The notes: generated from the sequence alone by a model not told the origin. Counted from the stretch's first letter, positions 31,460-40,797 are shown. The stretch: DNA of 61,908 nt from Bacilli bacterium (GCA_051872635.1 JBJEEA010000014.1:1944-63851), one strand, 5' to 3'. Numbers and translations are program-made.

Positions 31460-31498
31460 TTATGATAAAGTTCTATTAAAGAAAGTGGGTGAAATATT

Positions 31499-33328
31499 AT
31501 GGTAAGAAATGTGGCGATATATGCAAGAGTATCTACTGAACATGAGGCACAATTATCTGCTCTTGAAAATCAAGTACAATATTATGATAATATTTTAGCC
31601 CAACATCCAGATTGGAAATTGTATAAAAGATATATAGATGAGGGAATTACAGGAACTTCTGTCAAAAAAAGAACAAACTTCTTAAAAATGTTAAAAGATG
31701 CAGAAAGTGGTCTTTTTGACTTAATAATTACTCGAGAGGTATCAAGATTTGCAAGAAATACTGTAGATACACTTCAAGAAACTAGAAAATTAAAAAAAAT
31801 AGGAGTAGAAGTTTATTTCACTGAAGATAATATATGGACTTTTAATGATGAAGATGGTGAACTAAAACTTACTATAATGGCAACACTTGCCCAGAATGAA
31901 AGTAAAAAAACTTCTCAAAGAGTTAAAGCAGGTCAACAAATTTCTTTTGAAAATGGTGTTTATTATGGAAATGGTAATATTCTTGGATATGATAAAGTAG
32001 GAAATCAAATGATTGTCAATGAAGAACAAGCTAAAATCGTTCGTTTTATTTTCTCATCCTTTCTTAATGGTAAAGGTTCTACAGAAATTAAATATGAATT
32101 AGAAAAGAAGGGATGTCTCACTTCTACAGGGTTAAAGACTTGGAGTGCATCATACATTACAAGAGTTGTAAAAAATCCATTTTATTGTGGTACTATTGTT
32201 TATAGAAAAAGTTTTATTCCAGATTTTCTTGAACAAAAGGCAAAAATAAATAGGGGAGAAGTTGAACAAGTGATTATTGAAGGAAAACACGAACCTCTAA
32301 TTTCAAAAGATGAATTTGAAAGAGTTCAAGAAATTATAAATAAAAGATCTTCTAAAATTAAAGAAAAAAGCAGAGTTGGTCAAGGAATTCCTAAAAGTAT
32401 TTGGACTAAAAAACTCGTATGTAATTGTGGTGCATCATTTAATAAAAAACTATACCATAAAAAGAAAGATGGAACTAAATCTTATTGTTATCAATGTTAC
32501 AATCAAAAGAACTTTGGCTCAAAACAAACTAGATTGAAAAAAGGTCTTGATATTTCAAATGCTTGTGATATTAAATTGGTGCAAGAAGATAAATTGAAAT
32601 TAATGGCAAAAGTTGTATTTGATACTATATGGAATGATAAAGAGCAAATTATAAGCATGGCTAATAAATTAATAGACGAAAATATTAAAGAAGAAAATAA
32701 TAATGAAGAAATTGACATTGAAATTAAAGAAATTAATAAAAAAATAGATAATATTAATAATAAGATTAATAAACTACTAGATTTATATTTAGCAGAATCA
32801 TTATCAAAAGAAATGTATATAAAAAAGAAAGAAGAATTAGATAATACTATCATTAACCTAAATAATAAATTGGAACTTATAGAATCTGAACGAACAATTC
32901 CAAAAAGTACATTAAAAGAAAAAATAGAAGATTTAAAACAATTTATTTCATATAATTTAAGTATCGATATTGATAAACCAGTAGCTGATGAATTAATAGA
33001 TGCATTTGTTGAAAAAATAATTGTGAAAAATGATTGCTTTGAATGGAAATTAAATTGTTTTGATGATATAATTGATATGGATGTAATAAAAACGCAAAAC
33101 AATTTATCAAATAAGGTTTTAGATATGCGTGTCAAAAAAACTACTCCCGAACTTGACTGTAACACAAGCGGCTATACGCGAAAAAGAGAACAATTAGTCC
33201 GTAGTTGTGAACTGTTTTTAACCCGCTTAATCATTACAAATGATGATGCTAGAAGGTATTCTGATAAAATATCGCAATGTAAAAATGTAAGGTTAAAAGA
33301 ACCAATAAAATTAGATATATATTTCTAA
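31499..33328 (+). CDS. Large serine recombinase (integrase)
   Basis: YARVST catalytic Ser, DEGITG, SRFARN, recombinase domain, Zn-ribbon CNCG...YQC...C, coiled coil. Confidence 0.95.
   Translation: MVRNVAIYARVSTEHEAQLSALENQVQYYDNILAQHPDWKLYKRYIDEGITGTSVKKRTNFLKMLKDAESGLFDLIITREVSRFARNTVDTLQETRKLKKIGVEVYFTEDNIWTFNDEDGELKLTIMATLAQNESKKTSQRVKAGQQISFENGVYYGNGNILGYDKVGNQMIVNEEQAKIVRFIFSSFLNGKGSTEIKYELEKKGCLTSTGLKTWSASYITRVVKNPFYCGTIVYRKSFIPDFLEQKAKINRGEVEQVIIEGKHEPLISKDEFERVQEIINKRSSKIKEKSRVGQGIPKSIWTKKLVCNCGASFNKKLYHKKKDGTKSYCYQCYNQKNFGSKQTRLKKGLDISNACDIKLVQEDKLKLMAKVVFDTIWNDKEQIISMANKLIDENIKEENNNEEIDIEIKEINKKIDNINNKINKLLDLYLAESLSKEMYIKKKEELDNTIINLNNKLELIESERTIPKSTLKEKIEDLKQFISYNLSIDIDKPVADELIDAFVEKIIVKNDCFEWKLNCFDDIIDMDVIKTQNNLSNKVLDMRVKKTTPELDCNTSGYTRKREQLVRSCELFLTRLIITNDDARRYSDKISQCKNVRLKEPIKLDIYF
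33145..33241 (+). repeat. att-like direct repeat copy 1 (inside recombinase 3' end)
   Basis: 97-bp imperfect repeat of 40798-40894; 33164-33241 is identical to 40817-40894 (78 bp). Confidence 0.9.
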
Positions 33329-33332
33329 ATTA

Positions 33333-33363
33333 GACTGAGATTTTAAAAATCTTGGTCTTTTTT
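33333..33363 (+). terminator. Terminator after the recombinase
   Basis: agactgagatt-ttaaa-aatcttggtct plus T-run. Confidence 0.65.
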
Positions 33364-33531
33364 GTGAAAAAATATCATTTTTTGCGATGAAAATTTATGG
33401 GTGAAAAATTGCAATCTAATAAAATATAACTCATAAAAAAGATAAAAAGGAAAATTTAATATTAAAATAGAACTAAGCCCCTGTATTTTAGCTCTTTGAC
33501 ATTTAGGTCATATACGAAAGGAGGAATAATA

Positions 33532-34002
33532 ATGAAATACGTATATTTAAAACCTGAATTAGATAATTTATCTCAAGGAGAGAGAATTGCATTTGTAAGA
33601 CAATTTAGAAGACTTACACAAGATAATGTTTCAGAAAAATTAGGATTAACTGGAGAGGCTAAAAGAAGAACCATGACAAGATATGAAAGAGGTGATAGAA
33701 CTCCAAAAAAGGATAGACTTTTAGAAATAGCGAACATTTTAAATGTTAATGTTAATTGCATTAGGGAATATGAATTCACTAAAACTGAGGATATAATATA
33801 TTTTTTACTATGGTTAGAAGAAATATATCCTAAAATGAATATTGATTTTTGCATTTCTGAATATTTCCATGATAGTAGGGATAATATGCTTATAAAATTT
33901 AAAGAAGAATGGGAATATATGAGAAATTTAAGAGAAACACGCGAAATATCATATGAAAAATATATAGAATGGAAATTAAATTATGAAGTAAAGGAAGGAT
34001 AA
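33532..34002 (+). CDS. XRE-family HTH regulator
   Basis: GERIAFVRQFRRLTQDNVSEKLG...TRYERGDRTP; ATG 33532 with RBS aaggagg. Confidence 0.85.
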   Translation: MKYVYLKPELDNLSQGERIAFVRQFRRLTQDNVSEKLGLTGEAKRRTMTRYERGDRTPKKDRLLEIANILNVNVNCIREYEFTKTEDIIYFLLWLEEIYPKMNIDFCISEYFHDSRDNMLIKFKEEWEYMRNLRETREISYEKYIEWKLNYEVKEG

Positions 34003-34006
34003 TAAA

Positions 34007-34869
34007 ATGAAACAAATTGTTAAAATAGATTTAAGAAAAATAGATTCGTTTGAAGATCATCCATTTAGAGTTGAAAACGATGATTCATTAAAAGAATTAA
34101 AAAGCAGTATTAAAGAACACGGATTATTAAATCCATTAGTAGTTAGAGAAAAAGAGCATGGTAGATACTAAATGATATCTGGTCATAGAAGGAAGTTAGT
34201 TTTAGAGTTAAATGGAATAATGAAAGCTAATTGTTATATAGAAGAATTAAATGATGATGAAGCAACAATTTATATGGTAGATTCTAATATTTATAGAAAT
34301 AAAATATTGCCATCTGAAAAAGCTTTTACCTATAAAATGAAATTAGAGGCAATCAAGCACCAAGGTAAAAAAAAGTCACTTCTGCACAATCTGTGCAGAA
34401 GTTAACCTCGGTGGAATTAATAGCTAAAGTAAGTGGAGAATCTAGAGAACAGGTTAGAAGATATATAAGACTTACTTATTTAATACCAGAGTTATTAAAG
34501 TTAGTTGATGATACTGTCTTATATGACAAAAGAAGTATTTTAACCTTAGGAATAACTACAGCCGTTGAATTATCGTATTTAAGTAAAGATGAACAAAAAT
34601 TATTACTTTTTGCAATAGAATATGATGAAATTACTCCAAGTTATGCCCAGGCATTAAAAATTAGAAAATTAAGTGAAAAGAATAAACTAAATTATGATAT
34701 TTTAGAAAAAATATTAGATGAGAAAAAAGGTAATCAAAACGATAGAATAACTTTTAACAAAGAAAAGATAGAATCGGTATTACCGAAAGAATTATTAAAA
34801 AGAGATAAGAGGTATATTGAACAATATATTATTGAGGCAATAAAAAAATATAATGATGTAAAAAAATAA
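34007..34869 (+). pseudogene. parB: ParB/Spo0J-family pseudogene
   Basis: HPF...SIKEHGLLNPLVVR...GRY*MISGHRR: in-frame TAA at 34169-34171 and a frameshift near the A-run at about 34366-34375. Confidence 0.85.
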
Positions 34870-34925
34870 AACGAGTAAATATTATTACAATAGTATTACT
34901 AACCGTTTAATAGAAGTCAGTTTTA

Positions 34926-34934
34926 TGTTATAAT
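34926..34934 (+). promoter_or_regulatory. Extended -10 promoter of the cargo operon
   Basis: TGtTATAAT 21 nt before the HAD gene start. Confidence 0.5.
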
Positions 34935-34955
34935 ATAATCAATTGGAGGCGTTCT

Positions 34956-35450
34956 ATGTATTTATTAGAAGAAATAAAAAAAATAGTAGAAAACAATTCT
35001 AAGAAAATTTCTATCTTTGTAGATATGGATGGAGTGGTAGCAGATTACAGGTTTGGAGAAGGAGAAAATATAAAGAACAATAAACCTGGACTATATTTAA
35101 ATAAGAGACCTATACATACAACAATAAATAATTTAAAAAGGATCAACGATGAAATAGATTGTGAAATGTGTGTATTAAGTTCATGTTTATTTAAAGAACA
35201 AGCAGAGGAAAAAGATTTATGGCTTACCAAATATATGCCATTTATAAAAAAAGAAAATAGAATATTTATTTTATCAGAAAATTTTGAATCAAGAAAAAAA
35301 TTAAAAATAGACAAAATAAAGGAAAAATTGGATTCAAACGAATGTGAATTAGCTATTTTAATCGATGATACACATGATATATTGTTTTTAGCTCTATCAG
35401 AACTAAAAGAAAAAGTAATTCCATTTCATGTTATAACTTTAATTGATTAA
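34956..35450 (+). CDS. HAD-superfamily phosphatase (5'(3')-deoxyribonucleotidase-like)
   Basis: IFVDMDGVVAD motif I, LSS motif II, K..WL, ILIDD motif IV. Confidence 0.8.
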   Translation: MYLLEEIKKIVENNSKKISIFVDMDGVVADYRFGEGENIKNNKPGLYLNKRPIHTTINNLKRINDEIDCEMCVLSSCLFKEQAEEKDLWLTKYMPFIKKENRIFILSENFESRKKLKIDKIKEKLDSNECELAILIDDTHDILFLALSELKEKVIPFHVITLID

Positions 35451-35463
35451 GGAGGGATTTAAG

Positions 35464-36972
35464 ATGAAATATGATGTAATAATAGATTGTTATACAGATG
35501 AACCATCAGGATTAGGCGTACCACCATATTTAAGTGTACATTCTAGGTATATAGCAGGTGCTTTAAAAAATAAAAACATTAACTATTATTATTTAACAAT
35601 TGATGATTTACGTTTTGCAAATGGAGAAAAACATTTTGATAATTCATATAATAAAAGAATAATAAACAAAACAAAAAATGCTAACAATGTTTCAAAAATA
35701 TTAAAAAATGCATCAAATATTTATGTTGTAATGGGATGTTTTGTTAAATATGAGTATGTTTCTGCAGAACCTCCTACTTTTTTAGAAGTAGAAAAGTTAT
35801 TGGATCTTTTCTGTAATAAAGAAACTAATAAATTATTATTTTATTCTCTTGGTGGCAGTGAATTAACAAGAGAAAATATAAGGAAAACAGTACCTAACAA
35901 TTTATTCAATAAAATTATTTTTGGGAATACTTATAATTATTTTATTGATGAAAATGGTAATAAGTTTAAACCAAATTATGATATGTTAAGACAAATAGCT
36001 ATTGATTCATCAAGTGTATTAGAACAAATAGAAAGACCACTAGTAATTGAGATAGAAACTGCTACAGGATGTAATAGAAATCCTGGTTGTACATTTTGTA
36101 TAGAAGGAATGAGAGGTTTGCCATTACAGTTTAGGGAAAAAGAAGATATTATAGACGAAATAAAAAGTTTATATGATGTTGGAGCGTTATACTTTAGATT
36201 AGGAAGGCAACCAAATTTTTATGCCTATAAGAATTGTAATGTAGAAGAAATAGAAAACTTATTTAAAGGAATTTGGAGTGCTTGTCCAAATATTAAAACA
36301 TTACATATAGATAATGTTAGTCCTCATAATGTAAATACTGAAGAAGGAGAAAGAATAACTGAATTAGTAGCTAAATATACTACTGCAGGAAACATTACAC
36401 CATTTGGAATTGAATCATTCGATCCAATAATAAGAGAAAAATGTAATTTAAATGGATCTTTAGATGATGTTCATAAATCAATATCTATAATTAATAAATA
36501 TGGGAAAGAAAGAGGAAAAAACGGATTACCTAAATTACTTCCAGGTATTAATATAATTTATGGATTAGACGGTCAAAATGAAAATACATTAAGATGTAAT
36601 TTAGATAATTTTAATAAAATATTAAATTCTGGAAATTGGGTAAGAAGAGTTTTTGTTAGGAAATTAACTTCTCCTTATGGTGAACAATTTGATAATTATA
36701 GTGAAGAAGATTTAAAAGAATTTAATCTTTGGAGTAAAACAATAGAAAAAGAATTTATCGTTCCAATGCTAAAAGAAGTTTTTCCAATTAGTTTAGAAAT
36801 TAGTGAATTAAGAATGGAAATGTATAAAGATGGTAATTCAATTCTAAGACAAATGGGTACATGTCCAGTAAGAGTTGTAATTTTAAACAAGGAACTAAAA
36901 TTAGATGAATTTTATAAAGTTAAGGTAGTTGGATACATTGGAAATAGAACAATTATTGGAGAAATAATATGA
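35464..36972 (+). CDS. Radical SAM protein with C-terminal TRAM-like domain (COG1031-like)
   Basis: GCNRNPGCTFC cluster motif; IIDCYTDEPSGLGVPPY N-terminus; FRLGRQ, GIESFD, PGINIIYGL. Confidence 0.8.
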   Translation: MKYDVIIDCYTDEPSGLGVPPYLSVHSRYIAGALKNKNINYYYLTIDDLRFANGEKHFDNSYNKRIINKTKNANNVSKILKNASNIYVVMGCFVKYEYVSAEPPTFLEVEKLLDLFCNKETNKLLFYSLGGSELTRENIRKTVPNNLFNKIIFGNTYNYFIDENGNKFKPNYDMLRQIAIDSSSVLEQIERPLVIEIETATGCNRNPGCTFCIEGMRGLPLQFREKEDIIDEIKSLYDVGALYFRLGRQPNFYAYKNCNVEEIENLFKGIWSACPNIKTLHIDNVSPHNVNTEEGERITELVAKYTTAGNITPFGIESFDPIIREKCNLNGSLDDVHKSISIINKYGKERGKNGLPKLLPGINIIYGLDGQNENTLRCNLDNFNKILNSGNWVRRVFVRKLTSPYGEQFDNYSEEDLKEFNLWSKTIEKEFIVPMLKEVFPISLEISELRMEMYKDGNSILRQMGTCPVRVVILNKELKLDEFYKVKVVGYIGNRTIIGEII

Positions 36973-37610
36973 AAAAAATAGGATTATTAGTTCCTAAAAC
37001 TAATTTGACTGTTGAATATGAATTACAAATGCTTTTTAGTAAAGGATATTTTGATATAGAAAAAAGTGTATTTTATATATCTAAACTAGATTATAAAACA
37101 AATTATAAGGAAGATAAAACAAAGTTTCTAGAAGATCTTGCTACAGATATAAATAACAAGAAAAAAGATTTAGAATATTTAGATGTTGATTATAATGCAT
37201 TCTTTTGTACTACTTCAGCATTAGAAAATGGAGTAAAAGAAGTAAACCCAACTATTTCGTTGATTGAGGAATCAAAAATAAGAAATGTTAAAAAATGTTT
37301 ATTAATAACACCATATAATGATAAATTAGGAAAAGAAATAGTAGAAATGTTAGAAGATAATGGAATAAAAGTTGTGAAAAATATAAATTTAGACTTATTA
37401 AATACAGCAGATTATTTTAATTATGGAATAAATAAATTAGAAAAATTAATAAAAGAAAATTATCTAAATAAATATGAAAATATTATTATATCTTGTACAA
37501 ACTTACCTACAATTGGCGTAATAGAGAGCTTAGAGGATAAGTTGAATACACAAATTATTTCAAGCAATTCAAGCTTATTTGCAAAGATTAAAAGAGACAA
37601 TAATATTTAA
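36969..37610 (+). CDS. Maleate cis-trans isomerase / Asp-Glu racemase superfamily protein
   Basis: IGLLVP..N.TVE.E, FCTTS, ITPY, ISCTNL, ISSN; both catalytic Cys present. Confidence 0.8.
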   Translation: MKKIGLLVPKTNLTVEYELQMLFSKGYFDIEKSVFYISKLDYKTNYKEDKTKFLEDLATDINNKKKDLEYLDVDYNAFFCTTSALENGVKEVNPTISLIEESKIRNVKKCLLITPYNDKLGKEIVEMLEDNGIKVVKNINLDLLNTADYFNYGINKLEKLIKENYLNKYENIIISCTNLPTIGVIESLEDKLNTQIISSNSSLFAKIKRDNNI

Positions 37611-37621
37611 AGGAGGTAACC

Positions 37622-38383
37622 ATGACTAGAGAAGAATTTAAAAAGATTATTGATATATGTAGTAATCAGGAAGAAGTCAGAAATTCAGTAAAAAAGAATC
37701 ACAACAATAATTTATGGTGGCCATTAGAAGTAGAAGATTATAGAAAAAGATTATTGATTGCTGGTCTTTCTACTAGGATTTCTTATAATATGATAGATAG
37801 TTATAGAAAAGTAATAAATGATTTAAATAGTTACACTTATGATGAAATCAAAAATATGACGGAAGATGAAATCATTAATATAATCAAAGGATTAGGATTA
37901 TCAAATGCAAGATATAAATATTTGTCATCAATGATTGACTTTATAGAAAAATATGATAATGAAATAAAAATATTATCTAATGATGAATTAATTAAACTAA
38001 TTGCTGATAATGTTAGTGGTGCATCTTACAAAGTAGCACAATGTTGTGTTTTATACATAAGAGGATATTATTCAGGTATAATGCCAGTGGATAGTGGTAT
38101 GAAGGATGTAGAATTACCTTGTTTAGGATTTGAACAATATAAAAATGCATTAGGGCACGATATTTTAAGAAAAGAATTAGAAACACTAGTAAAAGATAAT
38201 AATATGGAGGAAATAATAAAACAAAATGGATATGAAGAACTTAAAGTAGAAAATTATGATAATGCTACATGGTTTTGTCATTTAGTTCTTATTTATTATA
38301 AACGCTATTTTTGCAACAAACATAATCCTGAAAATTGTCCATTAAGAGATTGTGTTGAAGTAAAATGTAAATGTAGGAAATAA
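37622..38383 (+). CDS. HhH-GPD (endonuclease III-like) DNA glycosylase-like protein
   Basis: IKGLGL..AR, VSGASYKVAQC HhH with Lys, MPVD catalytic Asp, Cys-rich C-terminus. Confidence 0.7.
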   Translation: MTREEFKKIIDICSNQEEVRNSVKKNHNNNLWWPLEVEDYRKRLLIAGLSTRISYNMIDSYRKVINDLNSYTYDEIKNMTEDEIINIIKGLGLSNARYKYLSSMIDFIEKYDNEIKILSNDELIKLIADNVSGASYKVAQCCVLYIRGYYSGIMPVDSGMKDVELPCLGFEQYKNALGHDILRKELETLVKDNNMEEIIKQNGYEELKVENYDNATWFCHLVLIYYKRYFCNKHNPENCPLRDCVEVKCKCRK

Positions 38384-38403
38384 TAGTTAAAGGGGGAATT
38401 CTA

Positions 38404-38901
38404 ATGTTAATAATAGAAGGTATAGATGGTGTAGGAAAAACAACTTTAGTTGAATATTTACAAAGTTATGGAATGAAAAAATATCATTTTGATTATGATT
38501 CAAAAAACATGGATTTATTATCAAAATATATGAAAGTTTTATCGTCTGATGATATTGAATTAGTGCTTGACAGATCGTTTATTAGTGAAATGGTTTATGG
38601 ACCGGTTATAAGAAATAAATGTAAATTAAATCTTGAAGATTATACAAAATTATTAATTGCATATAAAAATGCAGGAGCTAAAATTATTTATTTAACAGCT
38701 CCTAAAGATGTTTTATTAAAAAGAAGAAATGATGAAAAAAGTGATTATGAAGTTATCACAAATCATTATGAAGAATTAAATAAAAAATATGATGAAATTA
38801 TGGAATATTCTTCAAAATTTATAGATGTAATTGCTATAAATACTCACGAAGCAAATATTGAACAAGTTAGAAGTCAAGTAAAGAAATTGGTGAGGAAATG
38901 A
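38404..38901 (+). CDS. Thymidylate-kinase-like dNMP kinase
   Basis: IIEGIDGVGKTT P-loop, LDRSFISEMVYG, LLKRR lid. Confidence 0.8.
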   Translation: MLIIEGIDGVGKTTLVEYLQSYGMKKYHFDYDSKNMDLLSKYMKVLSSDDIELVLDRSFISEMVYGPVIRNKCKLNLEDYTKLLIAYKNAGAKIIYLTAPKDVLLKRRNDEKSDYEVITNHYEELNKKYDEIMEYSSKFIDVIAINTHEANIEQVRSQVKKLVRK

Positions 38902-40457
38902 TTGATTTATGTTATATAGGTAATTCTTCCAATGATAAAATCATTATAAATAATGAAATTTACAATACATTAGGAGGAAGTTGTATATATTCAAGCTTTT
39001 CTTCGAGAACTTCTTTTGATGGTAAAATTGCAATAATAAGTAAAGTAGATAGAGACACAAATTTACTATTAAAAGAAAAGCAAATAGAGTTTTATGGAAC
39101 TATCGTTGATAGGATGACAGAGTTTATAATTGATGAATCAAAAACTACCTGCGAATCACAATTTTATAATACAGATATAATTAAATTAGAAACAAAAATA
39201 GATGTCAATCATTTACATATATCATTAAGAAAAGGTGTAGATGTCCAAAGTATTTTAGAAAATAAATTATTGAATTATAATCATCTTTCGATAGATGTAA
39301 TGATACATAGTGTTGTAGATTTTATACCTATAATAGAAAAATATGCTTCAAAAATAGAAATTTTATTTTGCAATATTAATGAGTACAATATAATAAAAAA
39401 ATATGTAAAAGATATACCTTTAGTAATAGTAACAAATGAAAACAAACCTATAATTGCAATAACGCTAACTAATACAATTAGTTATAATGTAATGAACAAC
39501 AATAATATTAAATCTACTACTGGTGCTGGAGATTCTTTTATTGGGGGATTCTTATCAAAATATATAATTAATCAAGATATAGATGAGTCTATTTCACAAG
39601 GAATTTATAATTCTAGCAAATCTATAGAAAATATAGGACCTTTACTATCTATAAAATCATGTATAGATAATACTACCAAATCAAAATTACTTCCTAATAA
39701 TATTATTGTTATAGGTAATTCTTGTGCTGGGAAAACAACATTTATTGATTATTTTAAAAACTACTATAATATATATTCAGATATAGATGATCTAGCGCCA
39801 TTATTAGAGACATTTATGTTAGATGATTTGTTATATCAAAATAGAATAGAAGAATTTAAAAAAATAAAAAACAAACTCAAATATATTAATAATATATGGG
39901 AAGAGTATAATGATAATATAAATTCAATATATCACTATACTAAACCCGCAAAACAGGGTGATGGGCACGATATAATAAGACCTATTCTATGGGATTATAT
40001 AATTCAAATGGCAGTTGTAAACTCAGAAACACACAATATAATTCAATTTTCAAGAGGCAGGGATCGGTTATACGAATTAGAATTTTCTGAAAATGTATAT
40101 TTTCGTAGTATAAAAAGTTTCATAAACGATTTACAAAATAGTGACAATTGTATTATTGTTAATTTAGTTTCTAGTTTAGAAACAAGAAAAAATAGAAACA
40201 GAATAAGATTTGAAAATGGTGGGCATTATGTCTCTGATGATACTATGGACAATGTATATTCAAAAGATATATTTGAATATACAAAAACGGGTGAAAATTT
40301 TGGATATTTATTAGTTGATGGAAGAACTATTCCAGTATATACTATTGCTAATGATAAAACATATAGTGAGATTGAATTAAATGAATTTTTAGAGTATAAT
40401 GTTAATAAGGTAATAGAATATTATAATGATTTTAAGGAGGAAAGAATATGGAATTAA
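38898..40457 (+). CDS. PfkB-family kinase fused to a P-loop nucleotide kinase domain
   Basis: LGGS, FCNINE, STTGAGDSFIGGF (PfkB); IVIGNSCAGKTT and ETRKNRNRIR (second kinase). Confidence 0.8.
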   Translation: MIDLCYIGNSSNDKIIINNEIYNTLGGSCIYSSFSSRTSFDGKIAIISKVDRDTNLLLKEKQIEFYGTIVDRMTEFIIDESKTTCESQFYNTDIIKLETKIDVNHLHISLRKGVDVQSILENKLLNYNHLSIDVMIHSVVDFIPIIEKYASKIEILFCNINEYNIIKKYVKDIPLVIVTNENKPIIAITLTNTISYNVMNNNNIKSTTGAGDSFIGGFLSKYIINQDIDESISQGIYNSSKSIENIGPLLSIKSCIDNTTKSKLLPNNIIVIGNSCAGKTTFIDYFKNYYNIYSDIDDLAPLLETFMLDDLLYQNRIEEFKKIKNKLKYINNIWEEYNDNINSIYHYTKPAKQGDGHDIIRPILWDYIIQMAVVNSETHNIIQFSRGRDRLYELEFSENVYFRSIKSFINDLQNSDNCIIVNLVSSLETRKNRNRIRFENGGHYVSDDTMDNVYSKDIFEYTKTGENFGYLLVDGRTIPVYTIANDKTYSEIELNEFLEYNVNKVIEYYNDFKEERIWN

Positions 40458-40747
40458 AAAAGATTCAAAAAGATATTTGGCAAAACAAATTAAACAAAGG
40501 ATTTAATACAACAGATGTAAATAAAGAATTTTGTTTATTATATGGAGAAGTATCTGAAGCATATGATGCTTGGAAAAAGAAAAAAGATGATTTGAATGAA
40601 GAATTAGCCGATATTGCTATTTACTTAATGGGATTATCTGAAATGCTAGGTTTTGATTTGGCGGACGAAATTGAAAAAAAAGTTTCTAAGAATGAAAAAC
40701 GTGTATATAAAAATATAGATGGGGTTAACGTAAGAATTAGTGATTAA
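40448..40747 (+). CDS. MazG-like nucleotide pyrophosphohydrolase
   Basis: LLYGEVSEA....EELADIAIYL...K..KN.KR. Confidence 0.85.
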   Translation: MELKKIQKDIWQNKLNKGFNTTDVNKEFCLLYGEVSEAYDAWKKKKDDLNEELADIAIYLMGLSEMLGFDLADEIEKKVSKNEKRVYKNIDGVNVRISD

Positions 40748-40797
40748 TATTTAAGTATTGTATAAAAATTCATCTAACTTAAATTTATATTATTGCA

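Larger units (their letters stand above)
1..33169 (+). mobile_element. Integrative conjugative element (right portion; left end outside window), large serine recombinase type
   Basis: Co-oriented VirB4, VirD4, VirB6-like, M23 hydrolase, MobL relaxase, SSB, DarB-like protein and serine recombinase; ends at an att-like site inside the recombinase gene. Confidence 0.9.

Noticed and set aside
32503-33165. 220-aa minus-strand ORF
   Set aside because: Antisense shadow of the integrase coiled coil; Ser/Ile/Leu/Phe-rich composition typical of reverse-read E/K/N codons
34172-34869. Two separate ORFs (77 aa and 158 aa)
   Set aside because: They are fragments of one disrupted parB
35464-36972. Radical SAM as a prokaryotic viperin
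   Set aside because: Length, CX5CX2C spacing, N-terminal domain and TRAM-like end do not fit viperins, despite the neighbouring kinases
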